From the NCBI GenBank assembly GCA_951406725.2, contig OX597819.1:40052001-40116000 (forward strand): a stretch of 64,000 nucleotides of DNA, read 5' to 3'. Below the pieces are notes generated by a model. It was not told the origin of the DNA, ran no database searches, and worked only from the letters and a program-made list of their open reading frames with translations. This stretch comes from Octopus vulgaris (Eukaryota). This document shows, one piece after another, positions 1 through 14,708 of the stretch (position 1 is the stretch's first letter; each line of letters starts with the position of its first letter). Made by a program: the position numbers and the translations under genes.

Positions 1-134
1 TACAGAGAGCAAAGAAGGGGGGGTGAATCATGATCGTGAAAAAGGCGGAGATTCCTGCGCGTATTTTATTTATTCCGTAATAAAATCGTTTCCCTTTTAA
101 AACCTATTTTACAATAAACACAAAACAATGACTT

Positions 135-1265
<1,131 letters not shown>

Positions 1266-1364
1266 CTTACTCATCTTATCAAAGCCTCCAACAGATGCAG
1301 AATTACAGAAATAAATTAGAAAATGTAAAATTTGATAGTTACCACAAATTTTATACAAAAAGAC

Positions 1365-1399
<35 letters not shown>

Positions 1400-1691
1400 G
1401 TAAACAATAACAAAAATAAAAAACAAAAAAATATATATAAAATTCTAATAAAGTCATTTGCAGAATCTGAAATGGTTCTTGTTGGTTGTTGAAGTGGTAG
1501 CGAGGAGGGGGAGGGTGTGGTTTAAGGAAACTATGTATGGAGCGTATAAGGTGATTATTTCGAAGAATTAATAATACAAATTGAATAAAATAAATTACAA
1601 AATGTAACAGAAACCAATACAAAAAAAAAGCATCACCAAAACAAAGCAAGAACCTATTTCAAATTGAACAGCAAATTTAACAAAATATATA

Positions 1692-1764
<73 letters not shown>

Positions 1765-1767
1765 ATA

Positions 1768-1816
<49 letters not shown>

Positions 1817-2203
1817 GGGAAAATAAACGAATAAAAGGCCCACAAAAAAAATTACAATATAAATAATATAAGGTGGGCTAAACCAATACAGCTAAATAAA
1901 CGACGGCACGCGACGCCACAGGCTTTTAGTAATTTCCAGATATAGTTTTAATTAATTCATCCCCTCTAGTATTTGTTTATTTGTGCAATGATCTTAGAAT
2001 TAATTTTCTGCAGCAAATCATAGTGTGTTTTTAATTTTCTATTTTTTAAAATCTATTATTATCATTTTTATTTTTATTATCGCTATTATTTTTCTTGTTA
2101 CGTTGTTGTTTATGCGAGTTTATTTTTTTTTAATTTTCATCTCATTTCGTTTCGCTTCACTTTTAATTTTTTTTTCTTTCATTTCGTTCCGCCTTCAGTT
2201 GTC

Positions 2204-2340
<137 letters not shown>

Positions 2341-3500
2341 GCTTTGTATAGTTTTGTTCTTTTCGATATTTTTATTATTATTCCAGTTCACCTTTAGATT
2401 AATTTCCTTTCGACATTTTTCACTTCTTCATTTCATCCACACTTCATCCATTTACGCACTTTTACAAAAATACACACACACACACACACACTTGCCCTTT
2501 ATTTATACTTTTATTTTTCCATCGACTTCTTAACTCTTTTTACCTTTTCTTTCTTCTGTGGATTCAACATCATCTGCTCTTCCTGCTACATTCTTTTTTA
2601 TATAATTCCCTTTCTGTTACTTTTTGTAATTGCTTTTTGTTATTGCTGTGTTGTTGTTGTTGTTGCTGTTGTTGCTGTTGGTGGTGGTGGTGGTGGTGAT
2701 GGTGCTGGTGTTGATGATGGTGGTTTAGTTGTTGCTGTTCTTGTTACTATTGTTGCCGCTGTTATTAGTGTTTAACCCTTAATCCGTCCTGGTTGAGCAA
2801 TACAACAGTCAAAGTTATTCCTGTCCCAATGAACAGTTCTTTTGCTGCATTTACGACTATATTAACCAATGTCTCCTCCCTTTTTCCAAGACGGTAGGTT
2901 GTGATTCGAGCGAATTCGTCTCCGATTCCTAGCATGTCGAATGATTGCGTAGAGGTTCCCATTACTGCTGTCGTTATTGTTATAACGAATTTAACATTTT
3001 CTTTAATTTCCTTTCTAGTTGCCCAAATCTAAATCTTCAGGCAAAGCCGAGTGGTTAAGTTCGCTTCGCTATCAACACGTCCCGAGTTCAATTTCATCGC
3101 GTAATTTCTAACATAACTGTCTGGATCAACCTTAGTTTGACAGAAACTATTCAGAAGTCCAATAGACAGATTGCACCTGAAATTCAAAGGTCCGGCCTTG
3201 TCATATATCGTGTCCTGCAGATTCAGCCTGAAAATTATATCAAGGGTAGATGTACCTACAAAATACTCAGTTACTTTCGGATTATTTACCACTTATATAG
3301 TTCCCTCCTTCAAACTGCTAAAAGCACATCCTAAACACCTCTTCTGAATGTTAGTCCAATTTAAGTTCGTGACATTCAATATATTAATACCCAAGATTTC
3401 AATAACTGTTGAATAACTTTCGTACTTCTATCCACAAAGTTCTTTGCTACATGTCGTACACGTCGAAATATATTCTGTTATTCGGGGATATTCTATTATT

Positions 3501-3660
3501 AGGCGTGGTTGTGTGATAGTAAGTTTGTTTCCCAACCACATGGTTTCTGGTTCAGTCCAACTGTGCGGCACCTTGGGATACTACTATGGCCTCGTGCTGA
3601 CTAAAGTCTTGTGAGTGAATTTGGTAGATGACGGTCATACTCGGTAAACGCGAAAACAGC
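3501..3660 (+). mobile_element. Degenerate tRNA-derived SINE (CORE-like family, 'ggcaccttgggcaagtgtc' type), 5' part
   Basis: Matches the heads of the copies at 48336 and 54228 (cccaaccacatggtt..ggttcagtcc..ggcaccttggg). Confidence 0.7.
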
Positions 3661-3849
3661 TGTCAATAGATAGATAGATAGATACATACATACATATATA
3701 CATACACACACACATATACACATACATACATACATACATACGCACACACACACATACATACATACATACATGCATGCATACATACATACACACACACACA
3801 CATACATCCATACATACATACATACATACATACATACATACATACATAC

Positions 3850-4848
3850 GGCCTCTTGTTTATTAGCTACTAAATACCTAATAAACAAAAGAGATAGTGA
3901 AGGTCTTGAATCTCCAAGAAGTAACCGAAAATGTAAATCATGTCATATTTCTGTGGAGGACATCACACATGTGATTAGCAGCTGCCCAAAAATGTCATCA
4001 AGGTATTACCTCCTTACGCGAGATAATGTCGCAAAAACAATGTATAATGTAATCCGGAGAAAATACTTCCTGAAATAAATAAAGAGAATTCCCCTGTTAT
4101 TGAATATGTACACAAATACCAGCACAAGGAATACTGGTGGAACATTCCTATCAAAACATCTGTCAAGCGTAAATATAGCAGGTCAGATACTGCTGTTTGA
4201 GACACACAAGAAAAAGTGTGTATTTCTTTACTACCCACAAGGGGCTAAACACAGAGAGGACAGACAAACGGGTTAAGTCGATTACATCGACCCCAGTGCG
4301 TAACTGGTACTTAATTTATCGACCCCGAAAGGATGAAAGGCAAAGTCGACCTCGGCGGAATTTGAACCCAGAACGTAACGGCAGACGAAATACAGCTACG
4401 CATTTCGCCCGGCGCGCTAACGTTTCTGCCAGCTCGCCGCACAAGAAAAAGTATGTGACGTCACAGAGGTAAGCTGTTCTGTTGTTAATATCTCTTTGGA
4501 AATCAAAGAGAAAGAAGATAACTATGGGCAACTGCTTCGAAACCTCCATCTTCTATATCTGGATTACAAATTTGCATTGATATTAATAATAATTTGTGCA
4601 CTTGGTTTTGTAAGTAAATGCCTAACTCTCAGTCTGGATAAGCGTCGATTCTCAGAAAAAGAAATCAACCGACTGACTTGAAAATTAGAAATACAATCTG
4701 TAAGCAGAACAATAAAACTATGCGAGACTTTTCTCAGGCTTAAAATGTGACAATGCTGTCGTTATCTACAATCCAAAGCTTTGTACCTTTGTTAGAAACC
4801 AGTTCCTTCTTCAAAGGAAGAATTTAGCTAATTAAAAACAGAAAAGAA
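3850..4848 (+). mobile_element. 5'-truncated R4/Dong-like non-LTR retrotransposon (CCHC finger plus restriction-like endonuclease C-terminus), decayed
   Basis: Translation gives CKSCHISVEDITHVISSC (C-x2-C-x8-H-x4-C), then YWWNIPIKT..RSD (degenerate RPD), E..KEKEDNY and IIICALG. It is flanked on both sides by (TACA)n and interrupted by a SINE at 4221-4439. Confidence 0.7.
4221..4439 (-). mobile_element. tRNA-derived SINE with Meta-like central domain
   Basis: Minus strand carries gcctttcatcctttcggggtcgataaattaagtaccag; target-site duplication cacaagaaaaagt(g/a)tg at ~4205 and ~4440. Confidence 0.85.
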
Positions 4849-5338
4849 CATACATACATACATACATACATACATACATACATACATAAATACAAACATA
4901 CATACATACATACATACATACATACATACATACATACATACATACATACATACATACATACATGCATACATACACACATACATACATGCATATATACATT
5001 TCGTTATGTGTTTACGAGTTCACATGTCTGTGTAGAGTTGTAAACACAGACTTATGTGAGTATTTAGGTCTGTGTGAGTGTAGTTGAGTGAAGATCTATA
5101 TGCGTATACATTTGTGTATATATCTCTGCGTATGGACATGCGGTGCTGAAATACATTGTGAACAGCATATTTGCATTTATTCATAAGTAAATTTTAACTG
5201 TGAGCTTTTCAAAATAACTTAGCGCTTTGCACATCATGATAATGTCCCTTTCACTGTTCGCTAACCTATATGCATGCGTGTGGTATATACATATATTAAC
5301 CGAGTGTATATACATTTGTGTGTGTGTATACTCGATTC

Positions 5339-5424
<86 letters not shown>

Positions 5425-5846
5425 CGGAGTTCCGTTTCAAACAGGGTCGACGTTTTACAGTGAAAAACAACTTCACATGTGCTTCGGAAAACCTAATATA
5501 TATATTAACTTCCTCGGGGTGTCGAGAGCACTACATAGGCCAAACCAAAAACAGTCTGCGCCAAAGGATGACACTACATAGATCCCAAATTAAAATTTGA
5601 GAATACAGAAAAATAGCACTCAGCGAACACATCGACATTTGCACCACTAACGAACAACCCACCATCAGAATTTTTCCCTTCTATAAATTCAGGGACGATG
5701 CAACCTATAATCAGCGCATTAGCAAAGAGTCACATTTTATCGCAAAATATAAACCCTTTTTGAATGCCTCCACCACAAATGAAACTACTACAAGGACCTT
5801 AGAATAGTAGCCACGCAAATATTAAAAACGATATATTCAGAACAGA

Positions 5847-6237
5847 GTGGAAGCACTCCGTCGGTTACGACGACGAGGGTTCCGGTTGATCGGAATCCAC
5901 GGAACAGCCTGCTCGTGAAATTAACGTGTAAGTGGCTGAGCACTCCACAGACACGTGTACCCTTAACGTAGTTCTTGGGGATATTCAGCGTGACACAGAG
6001 AGTGACAAGGCCGGCCCTTTGAAATACAGGTACAACAGAAACAGGAAGTAAGAGTGAGAGAAAGTTGTGGTGAAAAAGTACAGCAGGGATCACCACCATC
6101 CCCTGCCGGAGTCTCGTGGAGCTTTTAGGTGTTTTCGCTCAATAAACACTCACAACGCCCGGTCTGGGAATCGAAACCGCGATCCTATGACCGCGAGTCC
6201 GCTGCCCTAACCACTGGGCCATTGCGCCTCCATTGCG
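5847..6237 (-). mobile_element. tRNA(Arg-like)-headed SINE, tail type A
   Basis: Head tggaggcgcaatggcccagtggttagggcagcggactcgcgg..ggtttcgattccc (A and B boxes); 11-bp TSD ttcagaacaga at 5836-5846 and 6238-6248. Confidence 0.88.
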
Positions 6238-6351
6238 TTCAGAACAGAACAATTCCAATCACTACTACTATAACCACAAGTCTCTTTTAGATCACCATTT
6301 AAGAGCACTTCACCAACAACCTACTACTGTCATACCACTTCCGTATTTTTC

Positions 6352-7240
6352 TCTTCTTCTTCTTCTTCTTCTTCTTCTTCTTCTTCTTCTTCTTCTTCTT
6401 CTTCTTCTTCTTCTTTTTCTTCGTTTTCTTCGTTTTCTTTCGTCGTCTTCGTCGTCTTCGTCGTCTTCTTCGTCTTCGTCTTCGCCGTCACCTTCTTCTT
6501 CTTCGCCGTTCCCTTCTTCTTCTTCTTCTTCTTCTTCTTCTTCTTCTTCTTCTTCTTCTTCGTCTTCTTCGTCTTCTTCGTCTTCGTCTTCTTCGTCTTC
6601 GTCGTCTTCGCCGTCTTCTTCTTCGCCGTCTCCTTCTTCTTCTTCTTCTTCTTCTTCTTCTTCTTCTTCTTCTTCTTCTTCTTCTTCTTCTTCTTTTTCT
6701 TCTTCTTCTTCTTCTTCTTCTTCTTCTTCGTTTTCTTCGTTTTCTTCGTCTTCGTCGTCTTCGTCGTTTTCGTCGTCTTCTTCGTCTTCGTCTTCGCCGT
6801 CACCTTCTTCTTCTTCGCCGTTCCCTTCTTCTTCTTCTTCTTCTTCTTCTTCTTCTTCTTCTTCTTCTTCTTCTTCTTCGTCTTCTTCGTCTTCGTCTTC
6901 TTCGTCTTCGTCGTCTTCGCCGTCTTCTTCTTCGCCGTCTCCTTCTTCTTCTTCTTCTTCTTCTTCTTCTTCTTCTTCTTCTTCTTCTTCTTCTTCTTCT
7001 TCTTCTTCGTCTTCTTCGTCTTCGCCGTCTTCTTCGCCGTCTCCTTCTTCTTCTTCTTCTTCGTCTTCTTCGTCTTCGCCGTCTTCTTCTTCTTCTTCTT
7101 CTTCTTCTTCTTCTTCTCCTCCTCCTCCTTCTTCTTCTTCTTCTTCGCCTTCTTCTTCGCTGCCGTTTTCTTCTTCTTCTTCTTCTTCTTCTTCTTCTTC
7201 TTCTTCTTCTTCTTCTTCTTCTTCTTCGCCGTCTCCTTCC
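6352..7240. repeat. (TTC)n/(TCG)n trinucleotide array with an internal ~300-bp duplication
   Basis: The variant block tcgttttcttcgttttc..ccgtcaccttc..ccgttcccttc occurs at ~6420 and again at ~6728. The poly-Ser and poly-Arg ORFs are artefacts. Confidence 0.9.
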
Positions 7241-7606
7241 TCGGCTACTGTTGCTTAAACAAGCAAAATCAAGAACCCACATTCCTCATATTAAATATTC
7301 CTTCCGACCTGCCACTACCTACCTGCCGAGCCTTCACAAAAGTAAAAGAGAGAGACAGAAAAATGGAAAGTGTCCCATGTATTTGAAAACTATGGAAATA
7401 TTTTTAAAAAACATTTCATTTCATTTTTCCACGATTTAATTGTTTTTCATGCTTTACTCTAATTTGAAAAAGTCGCAAAGACTGAAGTCGGTACTAAAAA
7501 TGTTCTTCATGATGAAATTATTTTAGCATTTTCTACCTTGTCCTGTTTTCCTTATACATATCAACTCGTGTGTTATTTTTCAACCTTCTACATATATTTT
7601 TTTTTT

Positions 7607-7773
7607 CTGTAGTTTCAGCTCAGAGATGCGGCCATGCGGATGCACCGCCGTTTTCTTATAACAACGCTTTGGTCGGCCCGAGGCTATAGTAGAAGACACT
7701 TGCCCAAAGTGCCGCACAGAGGGACTGAACCCAGAACCATGTGGTTGGTAAGCAAGCTACTTACCACACAGCC

Positions 7774-7870
<97 letters not shown>

Positions 7871-8180
7871 TTGTGTGTGTATATATATTTATATATACTC
7901 TTTACTTATTTACTTGTTTCAGTCAGTTGACTGTGGCCATGCTGGAGCACCACCTTTAATCGAGCAAATCGTCCCCAGGACTTATTCTTTGTAAGCCCAG
8001 TACTTATTCTATCGGTCTCTTTTGCCGAACCGCTAAGTTACGGGGACGTAAACACACCAACATCGGTTGTCAAGCGATGTTGGGGGGACAAGTACAGACA
8101 CACAAACATATACACAAACACACATATATATACATATATACGACGGGCTTCTTTCAGTTTCCCTCTACCAAATCCACTCA
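7607..8180 (-). mobile_element. Rearranged pieces of the CORE-like SINE family
   Basis: Reverse complement matches the head (7665-7776) and tail (7899-8180) of the 48336/54228 copies; the pieces are separated by (TA)n. Confidence 0.75.
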
Positions 8181-9134
8181 CATATATATATGTGTATATG
8201 TATGTAATCTCTACTGTTTGGGATGGCTCTCTCAGACATGTCCTCAGCTATACATTCAGTCACTCTCAGCTCATTATATCGTTACTACTTCTGAACTAGA
8301 CAGTTGTATATCTCCTCCACCCAATCCGACCCAAGTCCACCCGAAACATCTTATTACCTTTTCTCACACTCCAAACGTGTGCCCAATCCCCGCACTTACT
8401 AATTCTCCACCCATTTCTCTCAACACACAGTACTAACCCGCTACTTCCAGACTGTTCCTTAAAAATAATTATATTTCAAAAAATAAATTACGTTGACAAA
8501 TTACTCAGATTATTCGCATGAAAAATTAATAGTTAAGTTAGAGTTAGCATATCTAATGCGGACCCATTAAAAAGTGAATTAGAAGTAATTATGCGATGAA
8601 AATACAATATCAATCAACGATAATTGTTAATTAACATAATTAATGTGATGTGGAAATGTGAACAGTAATTATTTGCGAAAGATAACAATGTTATGTACAA
8701 GACTATACGGATATTAATATAGGAAAATAGAAACGTTTAGAAATGAAACAGTTCAAAGACATCATCCAAATATCTCTATCTTTATATGTAAGCCCACAGG
8801 GGCCTTTGTTCTGCTAGATATAACTCCTGGACAAGTTTCTTAAAGTACAGAATCCATGGGCTGATATCGTCTGGAGGCACTCCACTACAACTGAGAGTTA
8901 AACCAATAAGAGATGAGATACTTTTCATCATATTTATTCACTCTTAGTCGCCTTGGGGATAAACAATAACAGCAACAACAACAACAACAATAACAACAAC
9001 AACCTAACTATGCATTTTATTAACAACAACTTTATTTTTCATCCAAATGATACCCCTGTGATATTTACCTCAAGCTTTATCTTTATGCTGTGTCGTCACG
9101 CCAGTATATATGCATACTCTGAATATATATATAC

Positions 9135-9228
<94 letters not shown>

Positions 9229-9262
9229 GTATATATATATATGTATATATATATATAGATAT

Positions 9263-9327
<65 letters not shown>

Positions 9328-10532
9328 GGGAAAGTGAGAGATACATACATACATACATACATACATACATACATACATACATACATACATACATACATAC
9401 ATACATGCATACATACACGTGGAAGGCGCAGGCATGGATGTGTAGTAAGTAGTCTGCTTCCCAACCACATGGTTCTTGCAACAAGTATTAAAAGAGCTTA
9501 TCAGTCATACTGATACGTGCCTTCAGCCCATTGTGAAAGTTTTCATTGAGTATTTTGCCTTCCTCGACTACAGCCAGCCATGGGTAATCGATGGTATATT
9601 GGTTTCAAATTTTGGCACAAAACCAGTAACTTTGAGAAGGGGTAAGTTGATTAAATCGAGCCTAGTGCTCAACTAGTGCTTATTTTATCGACCCTGAAAG
9701 GATGAAAGACAAAGTCGACCTCGACGGAATTTGAACTCAAAGCGTAGAAATGGATAATAGATATGTTAAAAAGTCAAGCGATGTCTGTACTAGAAGCTGA
9801 GGAAAAGCCTTGCACAGAGCTAAACACACTCCCTAAACAGCGCATGAATTTTCCTCACAAGAAGAACATCATTAGATGCAAATGAAGTCGCAGTTATTAC
9901 ATTAGAGCTCTCCTACAAAGATGCCTAAACAAAAGCTTGGGATCTCTTACTCCCAGTGTTGGATGGCCGTTGACTCTACTGATTTCATCCACCCTTTAAC
10001 AGGTTTTGTCTTTGTTCTGCAGCGTAGGATATCCTACGAAAACCACCCTCCTCTTTACCAAGCAGGCTTGATAGGGGTGCCAATTTAGTCTCCGACGGCC
10101 TGATCGTGTGACGCATTGAACTGGGTTACATGTTACCAATAATGCTAAGAGATTCGTGACATATGTACATATGGCTGACATGGTCTAATAATACTGAAAT
10201 GCGTCCGGAGCTGTCACCCTATTTACAATAGAATAGATTATCCTTCCTCTCGCGGCTGCTTCCAATCATATCATATATTACAAAAGAGAAGCGGATCTCC
10301 GTCTGTTTGTCCGTTACAACACCTACTAGACGGAGGGAAAGAAGGGGTGGAATCAAAAATAAATACTTCACCATATATTTTCAGTCGACGGTGAGGCTAA
10401 AAAGTTGTTGTTGTCGGGAGAGAAATACAGCGTGTGTGAGATAGAAAGAGAGAGAGAAAGCTTGTGTGTGCGCACGCGCGTGTGTGCGCGTGTTTGTGTG
10501 TGTATGTGAAAGAAAGATAGATAGGTAGTGTT

Positions 10533-10546
10533 GTCACCATAGTAAC
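10533..10546. promoter_or_regulatory. RFX X-box-like motif GTCACCATAGTAAC
   Basis: Matches the consensus GTNRCC-N2-RGYAAC in largely non-repeat, CpG-containing sequence. A single motif with no transcript evidence. Confidence 0.25.
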
Positions 10547-11041
10547 TAGCGAGACTTTCATTTTATAACAGTCTACTATTAAAAGAGGTACGTGCATGAT
10601 CAACAAATAGTTTTACCGGCAACGTAGCAAAAGGTACAGACCTACTTTTGATTAGTTGGAACTCTAGTGAGTCAAACCATTCCTAAACATTTTTTTTTTT
10701 CACTTTGAGTTATACGTTAAAATTCCTAAACGGGAAACTTATTTTCTCTTTGATTTCCATGTTCATTGACTTCCGTGTAATATGAAGTCAATGATAAAAT
10801 AAAATTACGCTACGGATCCCCGAATTATAGCAAGAGTTTCAAGAGTGCGATGTTTCTGTTTCGGATGATACCCTATATAGTCTTCGATATTCAAAGTCAT
10901 CATGCCCTCTCGCCATCTGGAGTCAATGCTTATTTTAGTATTTGTCTGTATATATAGATATACAGGGTGTCCCAGAAGTCACGCACCATTCTGGTTTTCA
11001 TTAAAAATAATTCACACAGTTCATTTTACTTTTATAACTGA

Positions 11042-11437
11042 CTAGCAGTATCGCCCGGCGTTGCTCGGGTTTGTAAGGGAAATAACTATATAAGCATTTT
11101 TAGAGAGTTATAGCCAAAAAATAGGAAAAAAATGCATTAAAAATGGAAAAAAAATTAAGGTAAATTTCTTTTTAAATCGTTGACACATCGTAGATATTTT
11201 TAGAGAGTTACTTCCCTTATATAATAGCGAAAAAATGCATTAAAATGGAAAAATATGATGGTAAATTTTTTTAAATCGTAGACTCATCGTAGACGCGCGC
11301 TAATACCCAGAAGGGCTCGATATGACTCACGACTATAAGATACCCGGTTTTGGTTACACTGCACCGCAAAATGTGGGAGTAGTTAGGAATCTAAATCGTA
11401 GGAGACAGACACACAACTTCACTCTTATATATAAAGA
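11042..11437 (-). mobile_element. Non-autonomous Helitron
   Basis: Minus strand starts TC (tctttatatataagag) and ends with the hairpin cccgagcaacgccggg followed by CTAG; it sits between A and T. Confidence 0.8.
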
Positions 11438-11549
11438 TATAAGTCACGTAGTTACATACACATACTTTGTTATATACACATTCTTAAAAGAAAATGTTAT
11501 TTTGAATACAACATTTATAAAGAATAAAATATTTTTTGGTTTTTCTTAA

Positions 11550-12040
11550 CCCTTTCGTTACTATATTTCTGACCAAAATACACCCCTTATGTGTTTCAAT
11601 TAATTTCTAACGTAATCATAAATTTAGTCTGGTTTCATTAAACAACTATAACTTTTTTATTTATGAATATATTAATCTGATTTTTGGAAGATAATTTAGT
11701 GAAATGTTCTCAACCAATTCTATACTATAATTTTTGTCACAAAGTGACTCTAATTGCAGGTAGATACAGGTAAATTCAACAATATATAAAATTATTAAAA
11801 TTTTGTTCAAACATCGCTATAGAAAATGGGTTATTAGCTAATATTCAATTGGGTATACAACAAAATTTTACGATAGAATTTGTTATTCTGGGTAACTTTC
11901 TGATACCCATAATAGTATTTCTGGCAAAATAGGCCTTAATTTAATTTAAGGTTGTGGGAAATAACAAACTATCCTTTCTTTCGCTTTGTTTACGTTTAGC
12001 GTAATGATTTCAAATAGGCTCATTCGAAAAAGTAAAAAGA
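11550..12040 (+). mobile_element. piggyBac-type non-autonomous element, one end only
   Basis: TTAA followed by ccctttcgttac, like the ccctttagc end at 47520. The other end was not found and the right boundary is a guess. Confidence 0.4.
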
Positions 12041-12532
12041 AATAGTTTAAGGCTTTATACTCTTCTGGGAAAGTCTGTGGCTTGGTGCAGTTTCTTCAGA
12101 AAAATTACCGAAAGAAACAGTTTTTAAATTTTCACTCCATTCAGGTACCAATTCATTTTCTTAATCGCTGTCGGATTCACTGTTTTCACTTTAATAGCTG
12201 CAAACTTGCAAAGACAAAGGAGGAGAAGGGTGATAGCGTCAGTGAAACAGTCGCTCCCTTTGTGTGTGTGTGCGTTTGCGTGTGGTGTATCCCACATTAA
12301 GAAAAACATTTGACATATACACCAGAATGTGAGTTTTCTCTAAATTTTGCTTAATTGGGGTTGAAATTTTAAAAACCGGACCTGGCATGACCCGATGCAT
12401 TCTACTCTTAAAAATGCTAGGTAAATTGTAATTGAAGAAATCCTATATTGTAGATTTCTATAACTTACAAAGGGAGGCAGATAAAATCTGCCTTTTATAA
12501 TAAGAGATGCATTTCTTATTGCTGAGGCTGCT

Positions 12533-12798
12533 GTTGTTGTTGTTGTTGTTAAGCGAACGGTCTTCGTCCCAGAGCTCGCAAGAGAAGTCCGAAGCGTGGT
12601 CCTTTGCCGAAACGTGGTCCTTTGTTATTCATAAGACCCGCAGAAGAGAAAGCAGGTCAACCCCTAACACCTAAAGCTCCACGAGGCTCCGGCAGGGGGG
12701 GGCGAACCCTGTTGTACTCTTTCGCCCTCTTGTCCCCGACTTCCTACGCAACCGCTGAACCTGGATGCGCATTCATCCATCCGTCGATGCTCTCGATG
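12533..12798. mobile_element. Internally inverted copy of the tRNA(Arg-like) SINE, tail type C
   Basis: 12533-12664 is the reverse complement of the 3' part of the 27793-28166 copy; 12666-12798 is its middle part in forward orientation. Confidence 0.75.
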
Positions 12799-12848
12799 CT
12801 CTCTCTTTCTCTGTCTGTCTGTCTGTCTCTCTGTCTGTCTGTCTCTCT

Positions 12849-12889
<41 letters not shown>

Positions 12890-13068
12890 TCTCTCTCTCT
12901 CTCTCTGATCGGTCGTGTTATTCTTTGCTCCGCAGTGAAAGATTGTTTTTGTGCTGAAAAGTTTGAAAAATTGCTGTTTTGGTCGTCGAGGCCACTTCTT
13001 TTCTGCTGTTGTAGCAGAGTTCTGCTGTTCTTTCCCCCTTGTTTCAAGGGGGGAAGTGACGAAAAGAC

Positions 13069-14400
13069 ATGAATTTGCAACCAGTCTCCTCCGAGTCGGA
13101 GGAAAACGTTGAAAATTTGTTTGAAGGCATGAAGGCGAAAATGCGGGAGGAGGAAGGTAGAAGTAAAGAGACGTCTCACGCGAGCGTTACAAAAGCAGAC
13201 GACAATATGTCTGGCGAAGCTAGTAAACGACAAGAAAAGGCAAAAATAAATTTTGCGAGTGCAGCAACTCGCCCCTGTGAAAATATAGTCATCAACAAGG
13301 AAGAATTAAAGAAATACCAAGGACTACTAAAAAAAGAAGGTGATAATGTGAAGTTGTTCCCTCCCAGTGAATTGATTTACGCGACGGAGAGAAAAACTGT
13401 CATATACAAGACGTATAATGTCAAAAATAAGAAAATTGACTTCGTACAGAGAGAAGCCATTGAAAAATGTTTGAGGCCGATATGGCAACAAACTACGTTT
13501 ATAACAAGGGGTAGTCGCTTCGGCACGGTAGAGGTGCGTTTCCCTAGCGAAGAAATAGCTAGGGAACATTCAACAAGAACGTTGAAGTCAGAAGAGGTAG
13601 TTCTTTTACCATTATATTTAGGAATGAGAACTAGCAGGATAACAGTCACGGATATTCCGCCCGAAATAGATGTGGACTTTGTAACAGCAGCGATTCTCTT
13701 TGGCAAAGAGGAAGAAATTGCCATTCTTCAGTCTAAAAGATATCGCCCCACAACCTGGTATAGACAGGACTTAGAGCTTGTGATCCAAGCGAACCCCTCG
13801 GACTTAGAAAAATTGCCAAGCTCCCTCACCATTGGAGATAATACCACCTTGATGGTAATAGTCGAGGGAAGAAAACCGAGGTGCTATAAATGTGGCGAGA
13901 AAGGCCACATAAGGTCGAGCTGCAAGAAGACAGCGAAAGAAAATACTGCAGAGGCAAGCACGACGCCGAAAACAACTTCACCGCTAGAAATAGCAGCCAC
14001 GTCGCGCACCCCAATTGCCGAAATTCAGCCGACAACGGGAGAAAACAACGACAACAACGATGACAACAACAACAACAACAACATCCAGGAGTGGGTCAAC
14101 GTGGAAGCTTCAAAAAGAAGACAGAAACGGAAAATTCCGCCCTCTTCGGATACACAGGACTATACTCTGACACAGACAAGCACACCCACACCCACAAATA
14201 CAGTCGCAAACACACACGTAGCCAAAAAAACACACACACTGGAAAAAGCACACACAAACACTCACACACCTACCACAAGCACGCACACACCTACAAACAC
14301 CCACGCTTCTACAAGCACACACACACCCACAAACACACACACACAGCCCCCTCCACAATCACCTAACAAAAAAAAGAAACACCTTCACGGCGATAAATAA
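13069..14400 (+). CDS. LINE ORF1, gag-like nucleic-acid-binding protein with a CCHC zinc knuckle
   Basis: 443 aa with CYKCGEKGHIRSSC. A one-base shift in the A-run near 14370 would extend the frame to TAA at ~14689 with one internal stop, so the C-terminus is probably damaged. Confidence 0.85.
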   Translation: MNLQPVSSESEENVENLFEGMKAKMREEEGRSKETSHASVTKADDNMSGEASKRQEKAKINFASAATRPCENIVINKEELKKYQGLLKKEGDNVKLFPPSELIYATERKTVIYKTYNVKNKKIDFVQREAIEKCLRPIWQQTTFITRGSRFGTVEVRFPSEEIAREHSTRTLKSEEVVLLPLYLGMRTSRITVTDIPPEIDVDFVTAAILFGKEEEIAILQSKRYRPTTWYRQDLELVIQANPSDLEKLPSSLTIGDNTTLMVIVEGRKPRCYKCGEKGHIRSSCKKTAKENTAEASTTPKTTSPLEIAATSRTPIAEIQPTTGENNDNNDDNNNNNNIQEWVNVEASKRRQKRKIPPSSDTQDYTLTQTSTPTPTNTVANTHVAKKTHTLEKAHTNTHTPTTSTHTPTNTHASTSTHTPTNTHTQPPPQSPNKKKKHLHGDK

Positions 14401-14708
14401 AAACAATAACCCATTAAGGGAAAAAATTAATTTACTGAAATCGGCGAAAAAATATATCGCAACAGATATAAATAGTATTATATCTGAAAATGTAGAATTT
14501 TATACGATAGATAACGCGGATTATTTTGAAATTTAAAAATCTTTTGCGGAGGACGTAGGCCCGTTACAGATGAACTTTTCAAGCCATCTGTACAAGCAAT
14601 TCGCAAAAAAACTGACCTCGCAAAACACAACACTCACAGACAGAAAAGATGAGGGTGAAACTACACCCTCTCTTCTGTTAAAACAGTAAGTTTTAAACAT
14701 TCGACTAA

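Larger units (their letters stand above)
5423..7595 (+). mobile_element. Penelope-like element 3' fragment: GIY-YIG endonuclease plus 3' UTR with a (TTC)n expansion
   Basis: NFTCASENLIYILTSSGCREHYIGQTKNSLRQRMTLHRSQI*EYRKIALSEHID..RISKESHFIAKYKPFLN is a GIY-YIG domain with one in-frame stop. A SINE interrupts it at 5847-6237. The 3' boundary is approximate. Confidence 0.75.

Noticed and set aside
6233-7282. 341-aa poly-Ser ORF and poly-Arg/Lys antisense ORFs
   Set aside because: A (TTC)n expansion inside a Penelope 3' region; no coding complexity.
9780-10320. Possible RTE 5' UTR or other element fragment
   Set aside because: No protein motif or terminal structure that I could confirm.
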